64,000 bases of DNA from Octopus sinensis (taxonomy: Eukaryota), in assembly GCF_006345805.1 (NCBI RefSeq), contig NC_042997.1, forward strand, positions 52,452,001 to 52,516,000. Reading direction: 5' to 3'. This document shows positions 52,133 through 64,000 of this stretch, in pieces (position 1 is the first letter of the stretch; the number at the start of each line of letters is the position of its first letter). Below the pieces are notes generated by a model, which was not told the origin of the DNA, made no database searches, and was given only the letters and a program-made list of their open reading frames with translations. The translations under genes were made by a program, and so were the position numbers.

Positions 52133-54399
52133 GTCAGTACATGATTTAAAAAATGACTTATATGCAAGTAATCATCTGATGGCGAGCAACCTGTGGTCAG
52201 CAATTTTTATCGAGTATATAACTATGTTCATTTATAAAGAGGATTTGTTGAAATTGTAGAAGAAAGGGTGCGATAATTGAAGTTTGAGAAGCATTGTAAT
52301 ATAGTATACTGCATTTGGCTTTACTTCGTTTTCGTATCCTCAATTCCTGATGGAGTCAGAGGCGCCGTCATAGCACACGATGTGCCTTAGGTATTTTTGG
52401 ATGGACCGCTTCACTTTTTTGGACCTGACCATAGTCAGTTTTTGCTTGAAAGAAAGAAAGAAGAAAGAAAGAAAGAAAGACTCTGAAAGGATGAAATACA
52501 ATGTTGAACTCAGTGGGATTTTAATCCCTGACGCAGGGTAAAATATCGCAAAAGCAATCTATCCGACGCTCTACCGTCTCATATCGTACATCACATACAA
52601 TCGAAGGCTCAATGAGACCCAGGCTAGCACAAACCGAGCTTCCTGTCCTTGTTTGCTCTCTACAAATAATCTAACACCATCCCATCATTTCCTGTTGTAC
52701 AAGATCAATACTTTTATTATCCAGTAATGAGACCGCCAAGATCAATAGCTAGAAATTCTTCAGTCGTTACTGCTTGAAATAGCAGACGAACCTCCCTCAA
52801 ATCAAACCAGTCTGCCCCCTAAAAAAACCACGTTGGGCAACGTTATGTGTGTGTGTGTGTGTGTGTGTGTAAATATAAACAAGATAGTCATGAATGTCTT
52901 GGAATGTCTTTGATCATAGATCTGCTCGTGCAAGTTTGGCTCGGGGCTAAACAACAACAGCGATTTCCTGTTTGTAATAGACGGATATTGACACATCAAA
53001 AGTGCAGACCGATTTTAAACTACTTCAGAAAAAGCAAAGAAAATTCTATAAAATGAGAAGACAACTGACGCCAAGTCACTGCAGCTCCCCATAGTTGTAA
53101 ACTTATTTATTCGCACGTAAGAACTTAATTGTACCAAAAAAGCGAATTCTAAAATTCCTGTATTTCGTTATTTTTTGTTGTTGTTGTTGTTGTTGTTTAA
53201 ATCCATGCCAGCTTTGATCGAGTAAATCTATGATCAAAGACATTCTATCTATGGCCATCTCTCCGATTTTGTGTGTGTGTGTGTGTCTATGTGTGAGTGT
53301 GTACAGAGAATCCAGGAACATGCTTTTCAACATGTTCATTTCTAAGACAAGACAATGGTAGTGTGGGCTAAGAGATTCGGCTGCTATTGCAAGTAGGTCC
53401 GAGAAGCCACGTAGAGGCTCTCTTTTTATTGTTATTATTTTATGCCTCCACTCCACCCCACCTCAACCACACCGATCAGCTTTCATAGAGCATCTCTATG
53501 ATGGAAGGCGTTCCATCTATGACCATTGTGTCTTTTCCCCTAGTACAGTGCATCTATGACAATCTGTCCTTCTTTTCTAAAACGATTAGGTGAGATTGGA
53601 AGAAATTTAGCTGCAGTTTTTGGTAAGTCGATTGACTACGGTGTAACTCTATTGTAGGGCCGTCTTGAAAGCATTATACCCCCTTTTCCCCGATCAAAGC
53701 AATGCACTGGAGACCCCACACACACAACCACAGCATACCTAGATTAGCATTGGATCCCTTCACTCTTGGTCCCCACTTCGGTGATTGCCCCTTATGTCCA
53801 TACCTTAAGACGACACGGTCCCCTAGTTGTCTAATTTTCTCTCGTTATTTACGAGTTGTCCTGATAGAGCTGATCAAAAGAGTTCCAGCTGTTGCAATAC
53901 TGTCATATTTTCAGGAACAGCGCCTCTAAGAATACATTTTTCAATGTCTCCTTCCTTCTGTCCAAGACAGTGGAACGTAATTTTGGGGAAATTCGCCTAT
54001 TTTTCTATTAAATCGAATGACTGGATAGCGATTCTAGTCCTTATCATAGGCAGTTTATAGAGTAGTACAGATCTTGTTATTTGTAATTCTTTACCACACA
54101 AACTACAAAACAAGGACGATTCCAAAACGCAGAGCACAAGTTAACACGTCAAATACATAACTAAACAGAACTACAGCGAACTATAGAACTAGAGGAACGG
54201 TGTAAGAAATCGTTACCAAGGCTGGCTATACTGTACCAATCGTACAAATATAAGGTTGTAACGGGAACTCGTTGCTTCTTACACTTTTGGGGTGCAACTC
54301 AGGTGCAACACAATTTCCGTTCTTTAATTTCCAGAATCTACCAGTCAAGGAACACGAACGCAACCTTAAAAATATATATATTCTTTATTTTCTTATTCA

Positions 54400-54800
54400 C
54401 AGAAAGAAGTAAGGTGGTATATTGGTATCCACTTGGTTCTGGTGTGGCAAGGCAGAACTTTAACACTTGTAAGAATCTTACAACAAGTTCAGCAGCAAAA
54501 CAGAGCAGGTCAAATCTTAGCGTCCAGAGACAGCGGAGAAAAATAGGTCTGCCACCATCTCGTATGAAGGCGTTCTGCTACTGCTGCTGTGCCCTTGTTA
54601 AGGGAACGCTGTCCCTCGCCTATCAACTAATGCCACATCAGCAATTCCTTCTTCAGTCTTCCCGCATGTCCGAGAGGGCACTTCCCTTCTGCCTTTCCAG
54701 AAGGCTCCAACCCCGCACACGCACACTGAAGAAGGACGTTCCGCACCCGCACACTGAAAATGACGTTGCGCGCGCGCACTGTTGAATAACATCACTACAA
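54400..54800. promoter_or_regulatory. Unique GC/CpG-rich segment, candidate promoter or first exon
   Basis: Non-repetitive and CpG-rich. The minus strand has gcgcgcgcgc-aacgtca (CRE-like half site) followed by tttcagtg (Inr-like), with a GTAAGA donor at about 54480. Function is not demonstrated. Confidence 0.3.
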
Positions 54801-54927
54801 GGTCATGACCAAAACCACACTAATAAGTGGACAGTGGCTAAAACTTTCTGTAAATTGAACACTGATTAATCTTGACCACTGGCATATTATTTTCTTATTG
54901 GTATTTGTATAAATTTGTAATCTGTAT

Positions 54928-54984
54928 AACAACAACAACAACAATAATAATAAGAAGAAGAAGAAGAAGAACAACAACAACAAC

Positions 54985-55025
<41 letters not shown>

Positions 55026-55079
55026 CAACAATAATAACAACAACAACAACAACAACAATAATAATAATAATAATAATAA
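54928..55079. repeat. Compound trinucleotide microsatellite (ACA)(ATA)(AGA)(ACA)(ATA)
   Basis: Directly visible; source of the poly-L/I/T/Y ORFs. Confidence 0.97.
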
Positions 55080-55869
55080 GTGGGGACAGAATACAAAACA
55101 GAAACAAACTACACTGGTACACTGATCTCAAATCAGCAGAAATGGTCAAAGTGACGAAAACAAAACAAAAAATAAATAAAAATAAAAAAGCAATATGAAA
55201 CTACAAAACATACTAAAGAAGAAATGGAGAGAAATTAAAATGGCAAGGAAATAAGAAATTGTGTCATGACCTTCATTAGCTTACTGCTGTTTCCGCTATA
55301 AGATGCAATACACTCATAGTTGAGTGTTTGAGTATCACCGTATAGCTTCATCGGAACTTCAAAAAACAACTGTAAGCTAATGAAGTTCATGGCATAATTT
55401 CTCATTACTGCGCTCGCGAGTGTGTAAATGTGTATATGTAAATATGTAAATATATGTAAATATGTATATAACATCAGTGTTGTTCTCTGCAAAACTGTAA
55501 GACATGGAACACATCATATACAAATGAAGGTAAATAACAAACCCGATTTTATGAAATAAGTCTTATCTTTATGAGAGACAGCTGGAAAGATTGTACATAC
55601 ACGATATATGTACATATATGTAGATATACATGATATATGTATCCTACTTCAGTTATAAGCTTTTATTTTTAAAATTAGGTACCAGGGTTTGAATATCAGA
55701 AGTCGCCTCTAGTATATCTATATGCATACATAAATAAAGACACACATGCACAAACACACACATACACTCGCGCGCACATACACACGCATGTACGCACACA
55801 CACTCACACAAATATATATCATTGTATCACTGTATCAACCGGACTATCAGATGTTTAGACATCGATAGT

Positions 55870-56240
55870 CACAATGCGCTTCCAATCCTTTCCTGCGCCA
55901 TTCTTTTTCGTTTTGCCCCAAAAGCATTTACCTAGTCGTCTTCTTGTCATCGTGGAGCCCTTCCGAAATAGCCTTTTCCTATCTCTTGGATACCACTTGG
56001 CAACTGCACAGGTCCACCTGCTGCCTGTGAACCTTGCGACACACAAGCACACACACACACACACACACGCACACACACATACACACAGAGTTATCACTGA
56101 CAATTGGTTAGAAGATCTGCCATTCCACTTCTCTCCACTTTCACTCGCGGAGAGGATTGGGACCGTTTCTGTCAGCAGCGTTGACTTTGAGCTTTCGCTT
56201 GAGAATCTGGGACTTTCAGGTACCCAAGTATTAGCATAGA
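55870..56240 (-). mobile_element. 3' fragment of an RTE-1-type LINE, split by (CA)n
   Basis: ARFTGSRWTCAVAKWYPRDRKR matches the GHV..FTDNRWTC.AV.WYPRDRKRP segment at about 63400-63485. Confidence 0.8.
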
Positions 56241-56371
56241 TTTTCTAAAACCTTAAATTACATTTTTGAGAAGCGACAGTGTACCTAGATGTCCATTGTG
56301 CTGCACTGTTTATGAACCAGTTTGGTATAATCCATATATTTATTTTAATATTGATCTCGGTTTTTAACTTA

Positions 56372-56894
56372 CCGTAAATCCTCGAGTATAGTCCACCCTT
56401 GAGTATAATACGCAAGGGATTTTTAGGGGGCTGTACCTCTGAAAAACCTAAACCTTGTGTATAATACGCACCTTTTCTCTAACTTGAGTCGTGCGTAATT
56501 AAGCCAGCAGCATCTAGTCAAGAAACACTTCCGCGCATGCGTAATACAATAATGGTGATGTTCTTAACTGTTATATGGGAATGTAAATATGTTTGCAAAT
56601 TGTTTTTGTTAAATGTTATTCTGTGTTCTGAATACTTTTATTTTAATAAATGTTGCTTACTGCAAGATATGGATGATTCTTTTATGACGTCATTGCTTTC
56701 AGGCTTAGCATAAGGTATTTTCGCGCCCAACACCACAAAATGCGTCTGAATAAACATTGCCGGACAGCAAATAGAGACTCGGACATTGCTTAGAAAATGT
56801 TTTTTCATTTTTAACCTCGTATATAGTACGCACTAGGGATTTTGACCTTTAAATTTGGGGGAGGGAAATGCGGATTATACTCGAGGATTTACGG
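56372..56894. mobile_element. Tc1/mariner-superfamily (pogo/Tigger-like) MITE
   Basis: 19-bp perfect TIR ccgtaaatcctcgagtata, flanked by TA on both sides. Confidence 0.88.
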
Positions 56895-58249
56895 TAGTTG
56901 TATTTCCCTTTGTATAACCTCTCCCCACTTTCTCTCTCTCTCTATATATATGTATGTATGTATTCACACACACAGATGTGTATACACACGCTAGTGCGCG
57001 CATTCATACGCTAATACCCGTACATCTATAAATACGTATGTAAAAACGTAAATACATAGCAAAGTCAGTTAACATATAATCTATCAAATAAGTAGGACAC
57101 CAAAGATTTATAAAGAAATCGGAACCTTTGAAGCTCTGTTTTTATATATTTTTGTCAAGGGTATTAATGACATTAGTGACGCAGTTCCGACTGACAATTG
57201 AAATCATCTAAGCTGAATATTTAACGTATCACAATATGCATATGTCCGCGTGTAGGATATTATTGACGTTGACGAAAATAGGCTAGATTAGGCATAGATT
57301 AATTGGCTTTAAATTAACTTACCTAATGTTGACATCTGTTTATAGCAACATTATCAATATGTAGCCCCACTATATGACTTCACATAACTGAGCAAAGTGA
57401 AAGTTGATTACGATTCCAATTTGCTCTGCTTATAGCAGTTAGTTGTGTCCCTTTTCGTTTTATGTTCGAATCTTGTCAGGCCTTGTATTGCCCTTCATCC
57501 TTTGCGGGTTGATCAAATAGCAAACACCCAATCACTGATGTTCGTTTTAAATTGTGACTTAGTACTGATGTCTGAAATCATGATTTATTTAAAAGATAGT
57601 CATTAATATGTTTTTTCTATTAATTTTTAATTTCTTCAAATTACTTCTTTCCCTTGTGTATATCACTATCAACTGCTGTTAGGTTCTTGCTTTCTTTGTC
57701 TCTCAAGGCGGCTAATTTCAATTCATCGATAATTTTCTTTTTCCTTCTTATTTTTTTGCGTTTGTCATTAAGTGTAACATCACCTGCTTCAATGTACGTT
57801 TTATAGACGAGTCTAAAACTATGGGAAACGTCCTCGTTTTTATTTGAAGCATAACAAACATGATGATATAAATTGGCTTTAACCAGCAGTTGGGGAAAAT
57901 TCGCTGAGAAGTGGGGTTTACCTTTTGCTGGACAGCATTTGACACACCCTAATCGCACTGTCAACGTTAATTCAGTGTTAATTGCAAACGTTGAAGAACA
58001 AGCGACAACCCCTCACCGAGCTGAGACGGCAACGCGGTTTCACTCCACGAAATGTTTTACACTCGCTTCACCATACCACCTTAAAATGCAATGCTTTAAC
58101 GTGCAAGCAAAAAAACAAAAGAAAAAAGAGAAAAAAGAAAGATAAAAGAAAAAAAAAAGAAAGAAACGATTACTGTGTGTTATTGCTAATATACCAGTCA
58201 ATCAAGTGTACGGAATCTTTTGCAATCCTCAACTCTTTACATCAAATAA

Positions 58250-59090
58250 TTTCGCCCTCCTACACGCATTCCTGACAGACATACATTCCAAACATTCTTG
58301 ATCTTGTTCTCACCTTCAATCCCAACCTCTACCAGATCACTACCATATACACTCCTATATTGGATCGTCCAGTACCTACCCTATCGCGACTATCCAACAT
58401 ATATCCATATGGTACGCAATACCTCCACCTCCCTCACGAACCCAGTAGAATTTCGAGCAAGCAGAGTGGACATACATTGAACAGTTCTGTGCTAACTATC
58501 CTTGAGCGTACATGTACTTCACTTCTGACCATCAGAAACAGCTGCATGTGTAACTAAAACCGTCATATTAAACATACTCCCTCACAAAGCACACACAACA
58601 AGAGCTCTTTTCAAATCCCTGAGTGGTTCACTCATAGCTACACTGCAGCAGATCGAAAAGAAGAAAAAGAAACCGGCGGTCTACAATGCATAAAGAAAAT
58701 TACCCATCCTACAAAACGGATGCCTCTTACCCAACACCGTAACTTTTACAAGACCATCATCCAAACCACGAAGAATCTCTCCATGACTCGCAATTCCTTT
58801 AACCTAACCTGCATCCAGTACTGCAGCTAAATTATTTTGATCTCTTGTTAAAAAAGCTCTAACAACTTTACAGAAATCTCTTTTCCACCACTACCCAAAC
58901 ATGATGGGTCAATGAGCTGTACTGACCACGAAGAAAGCCTCGGCATTTACTGCCCACTTTTCATCCAATTCCATACCAGACACAGTAAATCTTCTCAAAA
59001 CTATCTCCTACTCCATTAAGTTCACCGCCATGCAAACACACACACCAAATACACAAATACCCTCGGTCGTTTCAAATTAGTGAGTCTACG
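58250..59090 (+). mobile_element. Decayed APE-type LINE ORF2 (endonuclease C-terminus and linker)
   Basis: PTRIPDR..., ILDLVLTFNPNLY and EWTYIEQFCANYP*AYMYF resemble the PTR...LDL and W..L......PW motifs of CR1/I/Jockey-group ORF2. Many stops; clade not resolved. Confidence 0.65.
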
Positions 59091-59231
59091 GCCTTTAAAA
59101 TGTCCCTTCCATTATCCGCAAACAGTACACCTCAGAGTAAGCCCAAATTGTCATCAAACTTTTCAGTCTCTATCTCTCTCTCCCTCCCTTCCCCCTCTCC
59201 CCAGTTACTTGCAGTTCCCACGAGATATAGC

Positions 59232-59456
59232 TATTTCTTTACTAACCACAAGGGGATAAACACAGAGGGGACAAACAAGGACAGACAAACAGATTAAGTC
59301 GACCCCAGTGCGCAACTGGTACTTATTTAATCAACCCCGAAAGAATGAAAGGCAAAGTCAACCTCGGCGGAATTTGAACTCAGCACGTAGCGGCAGACGA
59401 AATACCGCTTAGCATTTTGCCCGACGTGCTAACGTTTCTGCCAGCTCACCGCCTTA
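59232..59456 (-). mobile_element. Full-length monomeric SINE family 2
   Basis: Perfect 15-bp TSD cccacgagatatagc at 59217-59231 and 59457-59471. Confidence 0.92.
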
Positions 59457-61007
59457 CCCACGAGATATAGCATTGAACACATTCTGAAACGAAGGCACAA
59501 CAACTTAATCTCTTCTAATTGCTCAAAGATACAATGTTTATGCATATCAGAGAAACAGTTCACCTCATCTTCTCAAGTCTTGAACAACACATAACTAAAG
59601 CGCTCAAAATATCTACAAATGCTAGATGGTATTTCTGTAACAGACACGTAAATCCTACATTGCATCAAAACGTTGACCATTCGCTTGATTAGCCACAGAT
59701 ACATGGTTTCCTCTCTTGCAAGATGGAGCAAACTTGTTCAATAATATCGTTAATACAGACTACAGCAATAGCAGTTTAATTTGTGCCAATCAGCGAGGTA
59801 GAACTACATATCATATAACATCCTTCTGCTAAGTGGAAGTCTATAAAAAATGTCTAAAAAACGAAAACCACATGTTAACACAAACTTATTTCATTTATAA
59901 AATCCCATATTGTTTTGACATTAAAACTGAAAACTGAATTTGATGAGAACCACGATGGAATTTTTTTTTTTTTTGTATTCGAACATTGTCCATGACCCCT
60001 GATAAACGGTGAATCCACACGACTTGATAGGTGGGAATTCAAACCGATATTCGGTTATTGAAGATAAAATGCATTACCATTCAGCTATCATTTGATATAA
60101 ATTATAATATTACCATAGCGCTACTGTAACCTTGTTACAGGCCATTAACATCCAAGCCAGGCTTTATGAAATAAAATCATTGGTGCGTTATTTGCAACTT
60201 TTCCTCTAGCATTGTATGTGCGCATGTGTAACATGGATACATATGTGTGTGTATGTGTGCATGTGTGTGCGCACGGGTATGTGTGTGTGTGTGTGTGTGT
60301 GTATGTGTGTATGTGTGTGTGTGTGTGTGCGTGTGTGTGTGTGTCCGTGCGTGCGTAAAAATGAGAAAACAGTGTTTGAGCAGCCGCACACATGAGTCAA
60401 TGATATATAGTTTTACATTTTTTTAAGCTTTCAAGTCGCCACAAAACATTATATATAAATGAAAGTTTTTAACATCTAACTGGAATTAAATTGAATTCCA
60501 GGCCATAACTACAGAGACATCTCGTTGACATTACTAAACTCTAAATGTCGACTTCACCTTGGCTGATTTCTGAAAAGCTGTAAAAGAAATTTGATCAAAG
60601 TTTTATTTCTTTTTTATTTTCAGTTAATTTATCTGTGCATTGATGTTTGAAAGTTATTTTTATTTTTTATAGCAAAAGTTTTACAAGAAACTGTAAAAGC
60701 GAAGCGTAAATGTTATCGTATCATACAGCTGCGATCCGAGGTTTAATATATTACGTAAGCTCTTTGAAGTTAGTAAGCTCCTTGGCAAATGCTGTAGATT
60801 ATAGAGGAAGAAGTTATTTTAGAAGTAGAAGCAGAAATAAATTGTAATAAGGAGGAGGAAAAACAGATTTAAAAAAAAAAAAGCAGTTCGAAATTCTTCT
60901 TTTAAGTGAAACCAGCTGAATGGATTGTAGCTTTCATGTTAAAAAAATCATCTTTCCATATTTTTACTCAAGCAAGTATTAAGGCGAATACACCCACATA
61001 CACACAT

Positions 61008-61048
<41 letters not shown>

Positions 61049-61732
61049 CTACACACACACACACACCACACACACACACACACACACGTATGAATATATG
61101 CGTGTCTAAAACAGAAAGAAGAAGAAAAAAACGTTCGAGTTGCGATAGACTATATTGATGGAAGTGTTATATATAATATTCTAAGGAAACTGTTTGATAT
61201 CTCGAGCAAATAAGGTCACATTTTCTTCTTAAATCTGAAGAGGAAACGCAGAAAGAAAAGCTACGGAAGCCAAATATAAACTATACACACACGCGCGCGT
61301 GCATACACATACATACCTGTATTCATGCACGCCTACATATATATACTCATATCTAATAGTCTAATATATTTTAATCCCAATAAATGAATGTATCCGATAT
61401 TACTTTACATCAAAAGAAAACTTGTACCGCCCAAAATATTGAAATGTTAGGTCATCATATACATATATATACACATACACACACAATATTTCCTCCTTCT
61501 CCACTCCCCTTCCTCTCCCTCTAACGAACATTGCTAATCCAACGTCTGCATTTCAGAACGTCTATCCATTTAGAATCTACTATATTTTTCCTCGCTCTTT
61601 GAATATGAAAAGCGGATGCTTTTTCTTCTAGAAAGATGTAAGTCAAGTATGTTGTAAGTCTCTTTTTCAATCTTGGAAACCTGAGTTCGTATTCCGTCTT
61701 TGAAATTATATCGTTTGAACTTTACTCTAGAG

Positions 61733-61933
61733 CAGTGCTTTTCAACATTTTTGCTGGAGCGGAACCCCAAGGAAACATTCCACTGGCTCGAGGAACCCCT
61801 GTGCAATAATTTAATAGTCTTATGCACACATATCTGCACAGGAGAATTAAAAATTACTGCCGATTTTAGCAGTTTTGTAACTTCTTGCGGAACCCCTGGA
61901 CTGTACTGGCGGAACCCTGGTTGAAAACCACTG
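61733..61933. mobile_element. hAT (Charlie-like) MITE
   Basis: TIR cagtgcttttcaac / cagtggttttcaac (13/14); perfect 8-bp TSD ctctagag. Confidence 0.92.
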
Positions 61934-62249
61934 CTCTAGAGAATCAGTCTACATACATATTTTTCCTGTGTGTCAGTGTGTGTATAAGTACGCGCGCGTG
62001 TGTGCACGCGCGCACACACACACACACACATAGTATTCCGCTCTTTGCTCGACAATACGATGATACCTGGAAAGAAACTTTGGTAACTATAGATTGAGAA
62101 GCTGCTGTGGGTCGCAGAAGAGAAGAAAAGACTAAAGAGATGAAACAGAGAGAAGGTCCGATATAAATCGGTGACGGTGGTGTTCAAGAACAAAAGACAG
62201 GCTCACAGTGAGCAATCGTTTTAAATTAATCAGATACGCAAGTGTTAGA

Positions 62250-63500
62250 CGAAGTACCACCACTGAAATTGCGAATACGCTAAATCTGATGAAGAAAGGA
62301 TAAAACCCAGAAGGAGATGGTATAACAACAGAAATATTATAGAGAAGAGCAGCTGTAGAAAATTCTCGTTCTACATTCTAAATTCGATATTTAAAAGAAG
62401 GAAAATACTCTGTGGAAGTTGTCACATAATATTTTGCTTTATAAGAAAGGTGATTGGAAAAACCTGAGAGACAGTCGCCTCATATGTCACGTATCTCATC
62501 TCTGTACACTGTTTACAAAGATCATATTCACCAGGCTGTCGAAATATGCCGACGATTACCAGCCGAGGGAGGGAATAGGTTTTCGAAAGAATTACAGCTT
62601 CTAACTTCTCAAGTGAACAAAACTATATAGGCTGCCCCTTTGTAACACCTTCGCAGAGTTCAAGAGGAGCCTTCAACACGCCGCTGTGTATGCGGAGCTG
62701 AAGTCTCCTGGGACTTTTCGGTGAGGCGAACTCAGGATGTACCATCGATTACCACCCGTAAAAGTCCCAGTCGGGAAGGGTGTCATCAGACAAGGAGATA
62801 CCATCTTGCCAAAATTCTTCATCGTATGTCTCGAAATAGTCCATCAGTAACACGGTGGAACCAAAATCAATGACATGCTACAAACACATTTCCAATTTGC
62901 GGACGACATCGTGTTCAGTGCAAAAACTTCAGATCAGCTGCAGATGATGCTGACAAAGCTAGGTGCTCAGGGTTCAACAGTAAGACTTAAAATAAACCGA
63001 ATGTAAACAAATGTGGTCCGAAACCGTTACACAAGGCCAGATAATTGTAGGAAGAGGTGAACGTGTACGTCTATTTAGGACAGACAGTAAATATATGCCG
63101 AAACATGAACGATGAAATTTCGCGCAAAGCAAAATCAAGGTGGAAGGTGTTTGCCTCAATTGAAGATGTGCTCAATGCACAGCTGGATAAGGCTCTGTGT
63201 ATCAATCACTTCAATAGCATTGTTCTACCTGCACTCTTATTCCGGACTGAGACGTGAGCTACTCCGAGGAAGGAAGAACAACGACTGTCTGCAACACAAA
63301 GGGCCATGAAAAATATCTACGCTCGGAATATCCGAAATTAGCTAATTGGAGAACGGAGTGGAGTGAACGCTGTAATCACGGAATACCGAAAACAATTTCC
63401 GCTGGGCCGGACATGTCACAAGTTTCACAGACAACAGATGGACTTGTGTAGCTGTGTAATGGTATCCAAGAGACCGGAAGAGACCACGTTCAGAGATGTT
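62250..63500 (+). mobile_element. Decayed RTE-1-type LINE reverse transcriptase
   Basis: ILLYKKGDWKNLRDSRLIC, QPREGIGFRKNYS, QGDTILPK.F, FQFADDIV, YVYLGQTVN, DEISRK..., FNSIVLPALL..TET, WAGHV..., WYPRDRKRP. Multiple frameshifts and stops. Confidence 0.9.
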
Positions 63501-64000
63501 ACCGTACTAGCCAAAGATTAGATTATCGTTTCCCTCATTACATTATTTCTAATTCTAATGGCATGGGAGCTCGTTACGTGAATCCATTGTTTTATTTTGT
63601 CTTTGTTTTGTTGACTTAATCATTGTTCAGAAATATTTACCTCACCTCGATAAAGGTACAATATTGAATCATGCTCGCCACATTAAATGTATAAGCACTG
63701 ACTTCACCTTAGGAGTGGATGGCTATTCAAGAAGACCTTGTCTAACTAGCGGTGATCGGGAACATATACCGATTTTATGAGTAATCGTAACTTGACAAAA
63801 GGCAAAATAGTGTTTTATTTATCCTTAAGCTTATAGCTGGAAATTATCCGACCAGTTTTACTTCTTTATCATCTACAACCATATTTTATATATTTTATTA
63901 CCGACCAACGTGTTTGAATATTGCAGGAAATTATTAGAATTTTATGGGACATATTTGGTGTCAGTTTCCAGCTTGGTCACTGTTTCAAGTAAAAGATCTT

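Noticed and set aside
649-61109. Many ORF-track entries rich in YI, HT, CV, MYVC or poly-L/I/T
   Set aside because: They are translations of (TA)n, (CA)n, (TACA)n and trinucleotide microsatellites, not genes.

Overview
AT-rich, microsatellite-dense eukaryotic DNA whose SINE/LINE repertoire points to an octopod cephalopod (Octopus-like; inferred from the repeat families, not proven). I could not identify any intact protein-coding gene. The ORF-track entries are microsatellite read-throughs or decayed transposon fragments, so the window looks intronic or intergenic. It is packed with tRNA-derived SINEs, RTE-type LINE fragments and 3' tails, two DD37D (maT-like) Tc1/mariner relics, and several MITEs (hAT, piggyBac-like, pogo-like, and GG-ended 8-bp-TSD elements including a 647-bp foldback with a telomere-like core). 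The main signal is a set of type I hammerhead ribozyme motifs in at least four unrelated small repeat families. The best case is at 10254-10807: a 363-bp unit present as about 1.5 tandem copies, carrying a minimal hammerhead with a compensatory U3-A8 core inside a rod-like fold, which makes it a candidate retrozyme or circular-RNA element. Two palindromic elements (11.6 kb and 49.4 kb) carry a hammerhead on each strand. Also notable are head-to-tail SINE dimers with an identical junction at two loci, and an apparent switch from CpG-poor to CpG-rich sequence near 44 kb.
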